A stretch of 57,571 bases of DNA from an uncultured Bacilli bacterium (GCA_910587745.1 CAJUNE010000003.1:1-57571); one strand, 5' to 3'; shown: positions 30,161 to 39,598, counted from the first letter of the stretch. Translations and numbers: made by a program. Notes: generated from the sequence alone by a model not told the origin.

Positions 30161-30905
30161 GATTTTCACTACCTGCAATAGCATTTGACCTAAAACCATG
30201 TTTTTCTATTAAACTAACAAGATCTTTACTTCCAGTTTTAATAATTTTACCATCATTTATAATTGAAACTTTATAATCATCAAAATATTTTAAAATATCA
30301 GCATGATGGGTAACTATAAGCATAGTAGGATGATACATATCATAATATTTTTTTAAAAGTTCACCTACCACTTTCATGGCATCAACATCTAGACCCGAAT
30401 CAATTTCATCTAAAATAATAAATTTTGGCTCTAGCATAAATAAATGTAGCAGTTCATTTTTCTTTTTTTCTCCACCACTCATATTAAAATTAATATCACG
30501 ATGCATAAATTCTTTTGGAAGTCCAACTAATTTACATACTTCTGTTAACTTTTTTTGGAATGCAAACACATCTACTTTTTTTCCGTTTATTTCGCCAATA
30601 ATACTTCTAAGTAACTCCGCATTAGTAATCCCTTCAATTTCTGTAGGATTCTGTCCTAACAAAAAAAAGCCTAATCTTCCTATTTCTGTAGGAGTTAAAT
30701 CATTTAAAAGTTTGCCATTACTCTTTATTACACCACTTATGATTTCGTAATCTGGATGATGCATCAAAGCTTTACATATTGTACTTTTCCCAGTTCCATT
30801 AGGTCCCATTAAAACCATAATTTCCCCGTTATCTATATTTAAATTAAAGTCATTTAAAATTTCTTTTTCTTGAGCTTTAACAACTAAATTTTTAATTTCA
30901 AGCAT
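30153..30905 (-). CDS. sufC: Fe-S cluster assembly ATPase SufC
   Basis: GPNGTGKST Walker A, MSGGEKKKNE signature and ILDEIDSGLD Walker B. Confidence 0.95.
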   Translation of the reverse strand: MLEIKNLVVKAQEKEILNDFNLNIDNGEIMVLMGPNGTGKSTICKALMHHPDYEIISGVIKSNGKLLNDLTPTEIGRLGFFLLGQNPTEIEGITNAELLRSIIGEINGKKVDVFAFQKKLTEVCKLVGLPKEFMHRDINFNMSGGEKKKNELLHLFMLEPKFIILDEIDSGLDVDAMKVVGELLKKYYDMYHPTMLIVTHHADILKYFDDYKVSIINDGKIIKTGSKDLVSLIEKHGFRSNAIAGSENHE

Positions 30906-30964
30906 AACTTCTTCACCTCCTCTATTTTACCATATTATCACTTAATTTAAAACTCAAAAATAAA

Positions 30965-30989
30965 ACAAGAATTCTATTTTAATTCTTGT
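30965..30989 (-). terminator. Intrinsic terminator overlapping the stop of the 30974 gene
   Basis: ACAAGAATT-ctatttt-AATTCTTGT, followed on the minus strand by TTTTATTTTT. Confidence 0.6.
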
Positions 30990-31822
30990 TTTTTCTTTTC
31001 TAAAAATAAAATAGCTTGATTTACATCAACATTAGCATTATTTTCACTATTAAATCCTGTTATTGTATAAACTCCATCTTTTAACACTACAACTACAGGA
31101 TTTATATCACTTTCTTGATTAATTCTACCCAACTGATAACTGCAAACTAAACCATTTAATAAAGATACTTCATCCAGTTTAATCCCTTTCTTGCTATAAT
31201 CTTCAAAATCAGACATTTTTTGCCAAACGCTAATTACAGTTCTACATTCACTTCTATCAAATGTACTTTGATATTTTATAAAATCCCTTCGATAAAATTT
31301 AATAACATCTTTGATATCCATACTTTTATTAAACAAACACATATATTCTTGTTCTAAAATAAAAGGACACTCTATGGGAAGGTTCAAATAAAATACTTTA
31401 CCTGTATCTTTAAAATGGATTTCCAACTCCATATTATGATTAGAAAAACGTTCCACAAATATTCTATTTTTCAAAAAAATAATGTACTCAACTAGAGCAA
31501 GCTCATCTTGAGGATAAAAAGATTGTAAAGCAAATTGTAAAGACACTTCATTATTAAATAACCTAAACGTATCTCTTTCTAAAATTAAATTAAATATACC
31601 AGCTGGAGTTTTTATTAAAAATGTTGCTTCAGTAATTAAATTGTAATTTCCTCTTTTTGAAATAAGATCAATATCAAAAGTATTAATTTTAAAAATTTTT
31701 TTCAAAATAAAAGAAGCTGCTTTAAATACTCCTCCAAATTGTGTAGAGATTAAGTTAAATATACCACTGTTCATATGCTTCGCTATAGCAATATTCTTGT
31801 TTACTGTATAATATAAATTCAT
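30974..31822 (-). CDS. Hypothetical protein (282 aa)
   Basis: ORF with its own terminator. No motif recognised. Confidence 0.5.
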   Translation of the reverse strand: MNLYYTVNKNIAIAKHMNSGIFNLISTQFGGVFKAASFILKKIFKINTFDIDLISKRGNYNLITEATFLIKTPAGIFNLILERDTFRLFNNEVSLQFALQSFYPQDELALVEYIIFLKNRIFVERFSNHNMELEIHFKDTGKVFYLNLPIECPFILEQEYMCLFNKSMDIKDVIKFYRRDFIKYQSTFDRSECRTVISVWQKMSDFEDYSKKGIKLDEVSLLNGLVCSYQLGRINQESDINPVVVVLKDGVYTITGFNSENNANVDVNQAILFLEKKKQELK

Positions 31823-31904
31823 TATTTGAAATCTCCTATCAATAGCATTCTAATGAATATCTAAATTATACCCTCTAAATATTATAAAGTCAAATAAAAA
31901 TATG

Positions 31905-32327
31905 TTACTTATTACCTTGTAACATATTTAATAAATCAATTTTAAATTTATCTTTAGAAGCATTAGCTTTTGATATCATTATACCTTTATAAGTTGTAAG
32001 TTCACTCATATGACCTTCAAGTAATATTTCTGTTGGAGTAATAGTATCTAACATAACAGTTCCTTCTTTTTTATAAACTGTATAAAATAATTTTACTTCT
32101 CCATGAACAGCTGCAAACATCTTATCACTAGGTAACTTAAGTTCATATTTACTAGTGCCATCCTTTTTATTAGTACTAATAAGTTCTCCAACAAAATTAC
32201 CATTTCTAAGAGCAGGATAATAATCAAAATTTAATTTTTTAAAAGCTAACATATTATATTTTTTTAAAGCTCTCTCTAATTTTTTAAACTCATTTTCATT
32301 AATATAATCTAAAACATAACCCTTCAT
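31905..32327 (-). CDS. Hypothetical protein (~140 aa)
   Basis: An AGGGGG SD precedes the ATG at 32327. No motif recognised. Confidence 0.5.
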   Translation of the reverse strand: MKGYVLDYINENEFKKLERALKKYNMLAFKKLNFDYYPALRNGNFVGELISTNKKDGTSKYELKLPSDKMFAAVHGEVKLFYTVYKKEGTVMLDTITPTEILLEGHMSELTTYKGIMISKANASKDKFKIDLLNMLQGNK

Positions 32328-32421
32328 AATCAAAACCCCCTATTTCAATTACGAATACATTATAGCATATTTTAACACATTTGTCAAATTTGTGTTAAAA
32401 AATATTATTTTTCCAGAAAAA

Positions 32422-32685
32422 CTATTGACTTATCTTTAATTTTATAATAGTAACTCCTGGATTAAAAATATCTACCTTATAAGAATCAACATATTTATTA
32501 GATTTTAATACTTCATGAACTTTATTTTTTAAAATATCAGAACTTCTACCATGGATAATTCCTACATACTCTATTCCTAATTTAATGTTATCTTGAATAA
32601 AATCTTGAATTAGAAAAACCGAAGTATCTCTAGTTTCACCATGTAAGTTTAAAGTTGGTGACTTACTACTGAACATTTTGATCAT
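32422..32685 (-). CDS. Smr-domain protein (small MutS-related)
   Basis: LNLHGETRD...IIHGRSSDILKNKV is the Smr signature (LDLHG...HGxG-like). It overlaps the upstream kinase gene. Confidence 0.7.
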   Translation of the reverse strand: MIKMFSSKSPTLNLHGETRDTSVFLIQDFIQDNIKLGIEYVGIIHGRSSDILKNKVHEVLKSNKYVDSYKVDIFNPGVTIIKLKISQ

Positions 32686-33823
32686 TATTTGGGGTAACTA
32701 TTGGTATAGAAGAGCCAATGTTTTCATTACTTGAAGCAATCGGTACATTTTGAACTCCTACAGCCGGAATACTAGCTCCGCCTATTGAAAAAGTTGGAAT
32801 AGCTTCTAAATCTTTTGGATCAATAACCTTAAAAGTTGCAGCATCAGGAATATCTGGTAGTTTATCTTCTTCTTTAACCTCTTCTACTTTAGGAGCCTCC
32901 TCAATAACAACTTCCTTTTTAAATTTCTGATTATAATAGCTTATTACTTCTTTAAGCATTGGAATAGAAGGACTGCCTCCCATTTTATTAAGTGATAAAC
33001 CTGCAGCTATATTTGAATAAGTTATAGCTTTTTCCATATCAAAACCATTAGCCATACAATAAGCAAAAGCTCCATGGAAAATATCTCCAGCACCACTAGG
33101 GTCAACAACTTGTGTTTTTATTCCAGGCATAACTCTTATTTCTCCATTAACTATATACATAGCCCCCATATTTTCCAAAGTTACTATAATTTCATTATTA
33201 GGATATTTCTGCTTCAATTTTTTATAAACATTCACTAAACTAGCCGAATTATTATAATCAATTTTAAGCCCACTAACTGATTCTGCAAACCCCTTAGAGC
33301 AAACTATATATTTAACAAATTTACAAAGTTCTAACAAGTCTCGATTAACTCTCCCTGCATCAACAATACTTATCGCTCTTGGAAACTTATTTAAGGCATT
33401 TATTGTTGCACTATATTCTTTCCCATCTGAGAATATTACATCAGGATTAATAGAATAATCATACTTTTTCAAATTAGGTTGCGTATTACTAACTATATCA
33501 AATCTTGTTCTAGAGCCATTTTTTTTATTCACTAAAACAACTGATACAGGCGTTCCAACTTCATAAGAAACTTCAATAAGTTCTGTTTTTACCATTACTT
33601 GTTCTAACTCTTTTTTTAATTTTGTTCCATAATCATCAGAACCAATAACACCAGCAAAATAAGAAGTTTCTCCCCATTTCCCTAAAAGATAAGCAACATT
33701 AGCTGCTGTTCCTCCACCAGACTCGATTTTTTCATTTAATAAATACTTAGTTCCTTCTATCGGATATTCATCTATCGGACATGTTATATCATAGCTAGCT
33801 TTTCCAATATTTAATATTGTCAT
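32666..33823 (-). CDS. PfkB-family carbohydrate/nucleoside kinase with ~85-aa low-complexity C-terminal extension
   Basis: GGTAANVAYLLGKWG and DPSGAGDIFHGAFAY (PfkB signature 2). Confidence 0.8.
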   Translation of the reverse strand: MTILNIGKASYDITCPIDEYPIEGTKYLLNEKIESGGGTAANVAYLLGKWGETSYFAGVIGSDDYGTKLKKELEQVMVKTELIEVSYEVGTPVSVVLVNKKNGSRTRFDIVSNTQPNLKKYDYSINPDVIFSDGKEYSATINALNKFPRAISIVDAGRVNRDLLELCKFVKYIVCSKGFAESVSGLKIDYNNSASLVNVYKKLKQKYPNNEIIVTLENMGAMYIVNGEIRVMPGIKTQVVDPSGAGDIFHGAFAYCMANGFDMEKAITYSNIAAGLSLNKMGGSPSIPMLKEVISYYNQKFKKEVVIEEAPKVEEVKEEDKLPDIPDAATFKVIDPKDLEAIPTFSIGGASIPAVGVQNVPIASSNENIGSSIPIVTPNNDQNVQ

Positions 33824-33907
33824 AAGTATCACACCCTTTTACACTATAAATATAATATCATATTTATCAAAAAAAATAAAGATTATTAATCTTCATTTTA
33901 TTATTTT

Positions 33908-35659
33908 TTATTCTAGAACAGCCTTTATTCTTCTAACACCAGCACTACTAGCTTCTTCCTTTTTAATTCTAAAAACTCCTAGTACTCCTGTGTGTTCTAC
34001 ATGAGGTCCTCCGCATATTTCTTTTGATACATCACCAATACTATAAACATTAACAATATCAGCATATTTTTCTATAAACATCGCTTCTGCTCCACTATTT
34101 ACAGCATCATTCTTATTCATTGTTTCCATTGTAACTGGTAAATCCTCTTGAATCCATTTATTAACTAGTTCCTCAACTTGTTTTTTCTCTTCATCAGTAA
34201 GTTTATGATCACAAGAAAAGTCAAAGCGCATTCTTTCCTCGGTAATATTACTACCTTTTTGATGAACATTTTTATCAACTACAACTTTTAAAGCGGCATT
34301 AAGTAAATGTGTAGCTGTATGATATTTTGTTTCCATTTCTCCACTACTAGCTAAACCGCCCTTAAATTTACCCGCACTAGCTGTACGCGATAGTTCTTGA
34401 TGAGCCTTAAACTTTTCATAAAAGCCCTGAATATCAACTGTTAAACCCTTTTCTTGAGCCATTTCTTCTGTAAGTTCTATAGGAAAGCCATAAGTATCAT
34501 ATAATCTAAAAGCATTCTCTTTATCAATAATAGAATTATCAATATGACTAATTAATTTATCAAATTCTTTTAATCCTTTTTCCAAAGTACGATTAAACTT
34601 AATACTTTCATTTTTTAATACATCTAAAACAATTTCTTTGTTGTCTTTAATTTCAGAATAATAATCTTCATACTTTGCTATTACTTCTAAAGCTATAGGA
34701 AGAGTCCAGTTTGTATTAGTATCTATTCCTAACTTTTTACCATGTCTAATAGCCCTTCTAATAAGTCTCCGCAAAATATAACCTTGATCTGTATTACTAG
34801 GTTTTATTCCAGCATAATCTGCACTAATAAATACAGCAGTTCTAATATGATCGGCAATTATACGCATGCTAACTTCATTTTCATTATAAGTCTTTTTACT
34901 AACACTTTCTATTGCTTCTATTATTTCTTTCCAAATAGAAGTTTTATAATTATCATCAACATTTTCTAATACAGCAACAACACGTTCTAAGCCCATTCCT
35001 GTATCAACATTTTTCTGTTCAAGTTCTTCAATCGTACCATCAGCATTTTTACGATATTCCATGAAGACATTATTCCAGATTTCTACCCAGCGATCATCTT
35101 TAGGATCAAAAACCTTTGGTATATCCTCATCACTTCTAAAATAGAATATTTCTGTATCTCCACCACAAGGACCAGTATCTCCTGCAATCCAAAAATTATC
35201 TTCCAAACCTAAATAAGCAATTCGCTCTTCTGGGATTCCGAGCTCTCTCCAAATTGTAGCTGCTACTTCATCGCGTGGAATATCATCATTTCCTTCAAAA
35301 ACAGTTACTGCAAGTCTATCAACAGGTATATTCAAAACTTTGGTTAAAAATTCAAAACTATACTCAATACTTTCTTTTTTAAAATAATCTCCTAAACTCC
35401 AATTCCCAAGCATTTCAAAAAAAGTATGATGTGTCTTATCTCCAATTTCCTCTAAATCAGTTAATCTAACGCATTTTTGATAATCGCAAAGTCTTGTTCC
35501 TTCTGGATGTTTTTTGCCAAGTAAGTAAGGAATTAACGGTTGCATTCCTGCAGTATTAAATAAAACAGAAGGATCATTTTCAGGAATTAAAGGAGCACTT
35601 GGTATTTGTATATGTCCATTACTTTTAAAATAATCTATAAATTTATCTTTTAAATTCAT
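33908..35659 (-). CDS. alaS: Alanyl-tRNA synthetase, short form (583 aa: catalytic plus editing domains, no C-Ala domain)
   Basis: QKCVR...HHTFFEMLGNWSLGDYFK (class II core), HTATHLL and CGGPHV (editing-domain zinc motifs). Confidence 0.8.
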   Translation of the reverse strand: MNLKDKFIDYFKSNGHIQIPSAPLIPENDPSVLFNTAGMQPLIPYLLGKKHPEGTRLCDYQKCVRLTDLEEIGDKTHHTFFEMLGNWSLGDYFKKESIEYSFEFLTKVLNIPVDRLAVTVFEGNDDIPRDEVAATIWRELGIPEERIAYLGLEDNFWIAGDTGPCGGDTEIFYFRSDEDIPKVFDPKDDRWVEIWNNVFMEYRKNADGTIEELEQKNVDTGMGLERVVAVLENVDDNYKTSIWKEIIEAIESVSKKTYNENEVSMRIIADHIRTAVFISADYAGIKPSNTDQGYILRRLIRRAIRHGKKLGIDTNTNWTLPIALEVIAKYEDYYSEIKDNKEIVLDVLKNESIKFNRTLEKGLKEFDKLISHIDNSIIDKENAFRLYDTYGFPIELTEEMAQEKGLTVDIQGFYEKFKAHQELSRTASAGKFKGGLASSGEMETKYHTATHLLNAALKVVVDKNVHQKGSNITEERMRFDFSCDHKLTDEEKKQVEELVNKWIQEDLPVTMETMNKNDAVNSGAEAMFIEKYADIVNVYSIGDVSKEICGGPHVEHTGVLGVFRIKKEEASSAGVRRIKAVLE

Positions 35660-36189
35660 TAATTCTCAACTCTTTCTATAAACTCAATAACTCTATTATC
35701 TAAAACATTTATATTATCATTAGTAATTGTAATATCAAAATTTCCATAATTTTCTAAAGCGGTTTCAGTCACATGAGTTTGCTCTTTTAAACTTAGCTCA
35801 CTTTTAGCAAATTGATTTACTACATAAATAGAATATACATTTTTAAAAGTCTTTTTCATTTCTTCAATTTCATCTGGAAATCTTACATCACTAATTATTA
35901 CTACATCATAATATAAAGAATAAACTTTTATATCTTCAATCATTCTATTAACAAGCATTTTAGGCATATCCATATTTTCTCTAATTGTTACACCTAATTC
36001 TTGTAAAAATTTTCTAGGCTTTGGTTCCTCACCATTCCAACCTAATATTTCATTAGCATATAATTTCAAATACTTACTATATTCCGTAATTATAGGTTTC
36101 TTTTTTAGGCTAAGATAATGTTCTCTAATAATCTTAGCAACCTCTCCTTTACCAGAGCCAGCTCTACCTGCTACTAAATACAATTTCAT
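35659..36189 (-). CDS. P-loop nucleotide (dNMP-like) kinase family protein
   Basis: GRAGSGKG Walker A, 176 aa. Its stop overlaps the alaS start (TAATG). Confidence 0.5.
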   Translation of the reverse strand: MKLYLVAGRAGSGKGEVAKIIREHYLSLKKKPIITEYSKYLKLYANEILGWNGEEPKPRKFLQELGVTIRENMDMPKMLVNRMIEDIKVYSLYYDVVIISDVRFPDEIEEMKKTFKNVYSIYVVNQFAKSELSLKEQTHVTETALENYGNFDITITNDNINVLDNRVIEFIERVEN

Positions 36190-36258
36190 AACTAATCACC
36201 TACTAAAATTATAACATTAAATCAAAAAAAAAAGAAGATTTTTTTATCTTCTATCACT

Positions 36259-37044
36259 TTAAGCCAAATGAGGTGCATATCTTTCAATGCTAAATTTTCT
36301 ACATTCAGTTTCTAAACGTTCAAAATAGTAATCCAAATCAATTTTCTTTTCTCTGATTAACTTTAATTCTGCTGTATCTAAAAGTTTAGCAGTATCATTA
36401 GCTCTTATAAAACCATTTAAGTAAATAGCCCAATTTTCCTCAGTGGCTCGAAAAAAGCCATTAATACCTAAATCCATAAAAAAATCTTCATTTCCAAAAC
36501 TAGCTGGACTCATAAAATTTTCTTTAAAATGGTAAATTACTTCTGGAATAAAGCGCGGAACTATTAAAAATTGTCTAAAAGTAGGATCAATGACATAGGC
36601 ATTACCATTAAAGATAGCAACAGCAAAAAAATGTGGAACTAGCTGAAGGCCTAAATTCTTAGTATGGATAATCATTACTTTTATACCCAAACTCTTACAT
36701 ATTTGATATACCATTATAGCTGCATATTTGCACAAATTCAAGCATGGATTTAAGTTAGTATACTCTATAAACCCACGTTCAAATAATTCATTATAAACTT
36801 CATTAACAATGTCACTAAATATAGGAATATTTATACTAAATAATGAATTTAAATCCCAATTAAAAACCCTCTTTTTCATAATACTGTTATCAAATTGTAA
36901 CCATAATATTCTTTTATCAATTTTAGATAATTCTTTTTCCTTTAAAAACAATTTAAGCCATAGTAATCTTATTCTTTCTCTCGCATTAACATCATTACAA
37001 TCAATATTTCCAATATCATTTATTATATCTTGAATTTCATTCAT
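36259..37044 (-). CDS. Hypothetical protein, possible transglutaminase-like cysteine peptidase fold
   Basis: A candidate Cys...His...Asp arrangement (NPCLNLCKYAA; VPHFFAV; YVIDPT). An AAAGGGGGA SD precedes the ATG at 37044. The assignment is weak. Confidence 0.35.
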   Translation of the reverse strand: MNEIQDIINDIGNIDCNDVNARERIRLLWLKLFLKEKELSKIDKRILWLQFDNSIMKKRVFNWDLNSLFSINIPIFSDIVNEVYNELFERGFIEYTNLNPCLNLCKYAAIMVYQICKSLGIKVMIIHTKNLGLQLVPHFFAVAIFNGNAYVIDPTFRQFLIVPRFIPEVIYHFKENFMSPASFGNEDFFMDLGINGFFRATEENWAIYLNGFIRANDTAKLLDTAELKLIREKKIDLDYYFERLETECRKFSIERYAPHLA

Positions 37045-37088
37045 ATTAAATCCCCCTTTCATAAAAAATAAAAGACTCTATAAGAGCC

Positions 37089-37631
37089 TTATTTTAAATT
37101 AGCAAGTAATTCGTCTTTTTTCATTGTAGAATAGCCTTTAACACCTTGTTCTTTAGCTATAGCTTTAAGTTCTGTTAAAGTCATTTCACTATAATCAGTA
37201 GCTTCTACCTTAGAAGCTTCTTTTTTAGTTTCTTTCTTCTCTTCTTTAGATTCTACAGCTTTCTTAACACCTTTACCGTTTAAAGCATTTTTACTAGTTT
37301 CTACTAATTTAGTAAATGCAGCTGGATTTTCAATAGCCATTTCGCTTAACATTTTACGGTTAATTTCGATTCCTGCTTTAGTTAACCCATTCATAAATTT
37401 AGAATAACTAATATCATTCATACGACAAGCTGCATTAATTCTTGTAATCCAAAGTTTACGAAAGTTTCTTTTATTTGCTTTTCTATCACGATAAGCATAT
37501 TCTCCACTATGAAATAATTGCTCTTGAGCAGTTTTATATAATCTATGTTTACTACCAAAGTAACCTTTAGCTTCTTTTAATACTTTTCTTCTTCTGTTTT
37601 TAGAAACAGTTCCACCTTTAACTCTTGTCAT
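37089..37631 (-). CDS. rplT: 50S ribosomal protein L20 with ~60-aa C-terminal extension ending in a Rho_N/SAP-like module
   Basis: The L20 core ([26 protein letters not shown]...) covers about 118 aa. It is followed by a Lys/Glu linker and [36 protein letters not shown]. Confidence 0.95.
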   Translation of the reverse strand: MTRVKGGTVSKNRRRKVLKEAKGYFGSKHRLYKTAQEQLFHSGEYAYRDRKANKRNFRKLWITRINAACRMNDISYSKFMNGLTKAGIEINRKMLSEMAIENPAAFTKLVETSKNALNGKGVKKAVESKEEKKETKKEASKVEATDYSEMTLTELKAIAKEQGVKGYSTMKKDELLANLK

Positions 37632-37643
37632 GTCTTAAACCTC

Positions 37644-37838
37644 CTATATGAAATCCTTTAATCTCTTAGCTTGCCCATCTGCTAAGACACCTTTATTTCT
37701 TCTTTGACGAACTTGTTTAGCTGAATCTTTATTTGTTTTATGATTTCCATTTCCTTGTTTGTAAGTTAAAGTATTATTTTTTTTCTTCTTTAAAACTTTA
37801 CTACTTGCTTTATGAGTTTTTTGTTTACACTTTGCCAT
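37644..37838 (-). CDS. rpmI: 50S ribosomal protein L35
   Basis: A 64-aa basic protein lying between infC and rplT. Confidence 0.9.
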   Translation of the reverse strand: MAKCKQKTHKASSKVLKKKKNNTLTYKQGNGNHKTNKDSAKQVRQRRNKGVLADGQAKRLKDFI

Positions 37839-37853
37839 TTTTAATTCCTCCTA

Positions 37854-38381
37854 CTATTTTTTTGGTGCGAGTAACATAAACATTTGTCTACCTTCAAGTT
37901 TAGGTTGAGCTTCAATATTAGAAACCTCTTCTAAAGCTCCTGCAAATCTAAGTAAAACATCTTTACCTAATTCTGGTCTTGCCATTTGTCTACCTTTAAA
38001 GCGAATAAATGCTTTAATACGATGTCCTTTCACTAAATAATCTTTAGCATTTCTAACACGAGTATCAAAATCATGTACATCTATAGTTGTTGACAAACGA
38101 TATTCTTTTACTTCTTTGTTTGTTTCTCTTTGCTTTTTTTGTTGTTCTTTTAATTTTTTTTGTCTCTCATAACGGTATTTATTATAATCCATAATTTTAG
38201 CAACAGCCATATTACCATTATCATTCATTAAAACTAAATCTAAACCTGCATATCTTGCGAGTGTTAAAGCATCTTCTAATTTCTTTTGCCCCATTTGTTC
38301 TCCATTCGGACCAATAACCATCATAGACTCTGCTTTAATTTGCTCATTAATCGGTAAATCCTTATTCATATTTGTGTTTAT
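37854..38381 (-). CDS. infC: Translation initiation factor IF-3 (probable non-canonical ATA start)
   Basis: INEQIKAESMMVIGPNGEQ... is the IF3 signature. The SD GGAGGTG (38391-38385) overlaps the first in-frame ATG (38393). It sits 5 nt before the in-frame ATA at 38381 and 17 nt before the next ATG (38369). Confidence 0.85.
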   Translation of the reverse strand: MNTNMNKDLPINEQIKAESMMVIGPNGEQMGQKKLEDALTLARYAGLDLVLMNDNGNMAVAKIMDYNKYRYERQKKLKEQQKKQRETNKEVKEYRLSTTIDVHDFDTRVRNAKDYLVKGHRIKAFIRFKGRQMARPELGKDVLLRFAGALEEVSNIEAQPKLEGRQMFMLLAPKK

Positions 38382-38393
38382 TTGCACCTCCAT

Positions 38394-38516
38394 AATTAAA
38401 AAGGTAGAATATTCCTATTCCACCTAAAAGACATATTATAAACTTCATAACTGGCCTTTTACCTATGAACTCATATTCATCAGGTGGAATAAAATTCGCT
38501 TTCCTTCTTAAATTTC
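38394..38516 (-). promoter_or_regulatory. L20-type ribosomal leader (transcription attenuator) upstream of infC-rpmI-rplT
   Basis: The terminator GGTGGAATA-ggaa-TATTCTACC plus TTTTT lies at 38403-38424. An upstream ATTCCACCT (38490-38482) can pair with AGGTGGAAT (38425-38417), which would form an antiterminator. Confidence 0.6.
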
Positions 38517-38522
38517 TCATTA

Positions 38523-38551
38523 ATTATAGTATATTATATGTATAAAGTCAA
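38523..38551 (-). promoter_or_regulatory. Near-consensus sigma-A promoter of the infC operon
   Basis: The minus strand reads TTGACT (38551-38546), a 17-nt spacer, then TATAAT (38528-38523). Confidence 0.7.
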
Positions 38552-38569
38552 GAATTTTTCTAATTTTTT

Positions 38570-39598
38570 CTAAAAACCTCTTTTTCTAGTTAAAAAGACA
38601 GTATCTTCTTCTCTGGCTTTAATATTAAAAATTTCTAAATCAAAAGCGCTATTTAAAGACCTATAAATCATTCCGTAAATATCTGAAGAAGTTAATCCAG
38701 CACTATTTTTTATTCCAAATTCCCCACTTAAATTATCTAAAGTATGGCAAAACCAATAATCAAATACCATTACACCATTATGATTTAGATTAATTTCAAA
38801 TATCTTCTTTAATCTATCTATAACTAATGCAAATTGATTAGAATCACTATTACATAAAATTTGAAAAATAAAAAGTAAAATATTTGTAATATCAATATAA
38901 TCATATTTTATTTCTGAGTGATCTTCCAAATATTCTAGAGCATCACCAAAAACAATATTTATTGAAGCCTTTTCTATTTTTTCTCTTATAGCATAATAAC
39001 CTTTCTTACTACTCAAATAAGTTATTAATGATTTATTTACTTTTAAATCATAATCAATCGCTTTAAAAAGATGATGCATTAAATCCTCTTTTGGATTTTT
39101 TGTCAATAAGATATCCCACGCATTAATATCAGCTTCATCATTTAAAGCTGGTTTCACACTTTTAAAAACATCATAAGACAAAAATTTATGACTATTACTA
39201 TCTAATAAAAAACGCTCATAATCAATCGCCGATAAAGTTTTAAAAGCAGCCAATCTTAATCTAAAAAATAATATTTGCAAATCATTATTTTCTAAAGCAG
39301 TTATATTTTTTATATCACGAGATAATAATTCAAGTAAAGTATCTCCTGTGCCTAAAATAATAAAGGCATTATTTACATCACTAGGTAAAGTTCTTTCTAA
39401 ATAATGTTGATTTTGTGTAGTAAAAATAAATGGTTTATCAATATAAACATCTGAATCTATCCCATCTCTGTTTATAACATTCTGTGCCTTAAAAAGAATA
39501 TCGGCACCCGGCATACTTTTAGGATAAACGCCAATACTATCTTTAAACATTCCAAATAGTCTATTCATCATTATTGGATCCATATAATCATTCCTCAT
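38570..39598 (-). CDS. DUF3419/BtaA-like SAM-binding-fold protein
   Basis: IILGTGDTLLELLS...ALENNDLQILFFRLRLAAFKTLSAIDYERFL resembles the DUF3419 pattern. This is a family call from memory. Confidence 0.4.
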   Translation of the reverse strand: MRNDYMDPIMMNRLFGMFKDSIGVYPKSMPGADILFKAQNVINRDGIDSDVYIDKPFIFTTQNQHYLERTLPSDVNNAFIILGTGDTLLELLSRDIKNITALENNDLQILFFRLRLAAFKTLSAIDYERFLLDSNSHKFLSYDVFKSVKPALNDEADINAWDILLTKNPKEDLMHHLFKAIDYDLKVNKSLITYLSSKKGYYAIREKIEKASINIVFGDALEYLEDHSEIKYDYIDITNILLFIFQILCNSDSNQFALVIDRLKKIFEINLNHNGVMVFDYWFCHTLDNLSGEFGIKNSAGLTSSDIYGMIYRSLNSAFDLEIFNIKAREEDTVFLTRKRGF

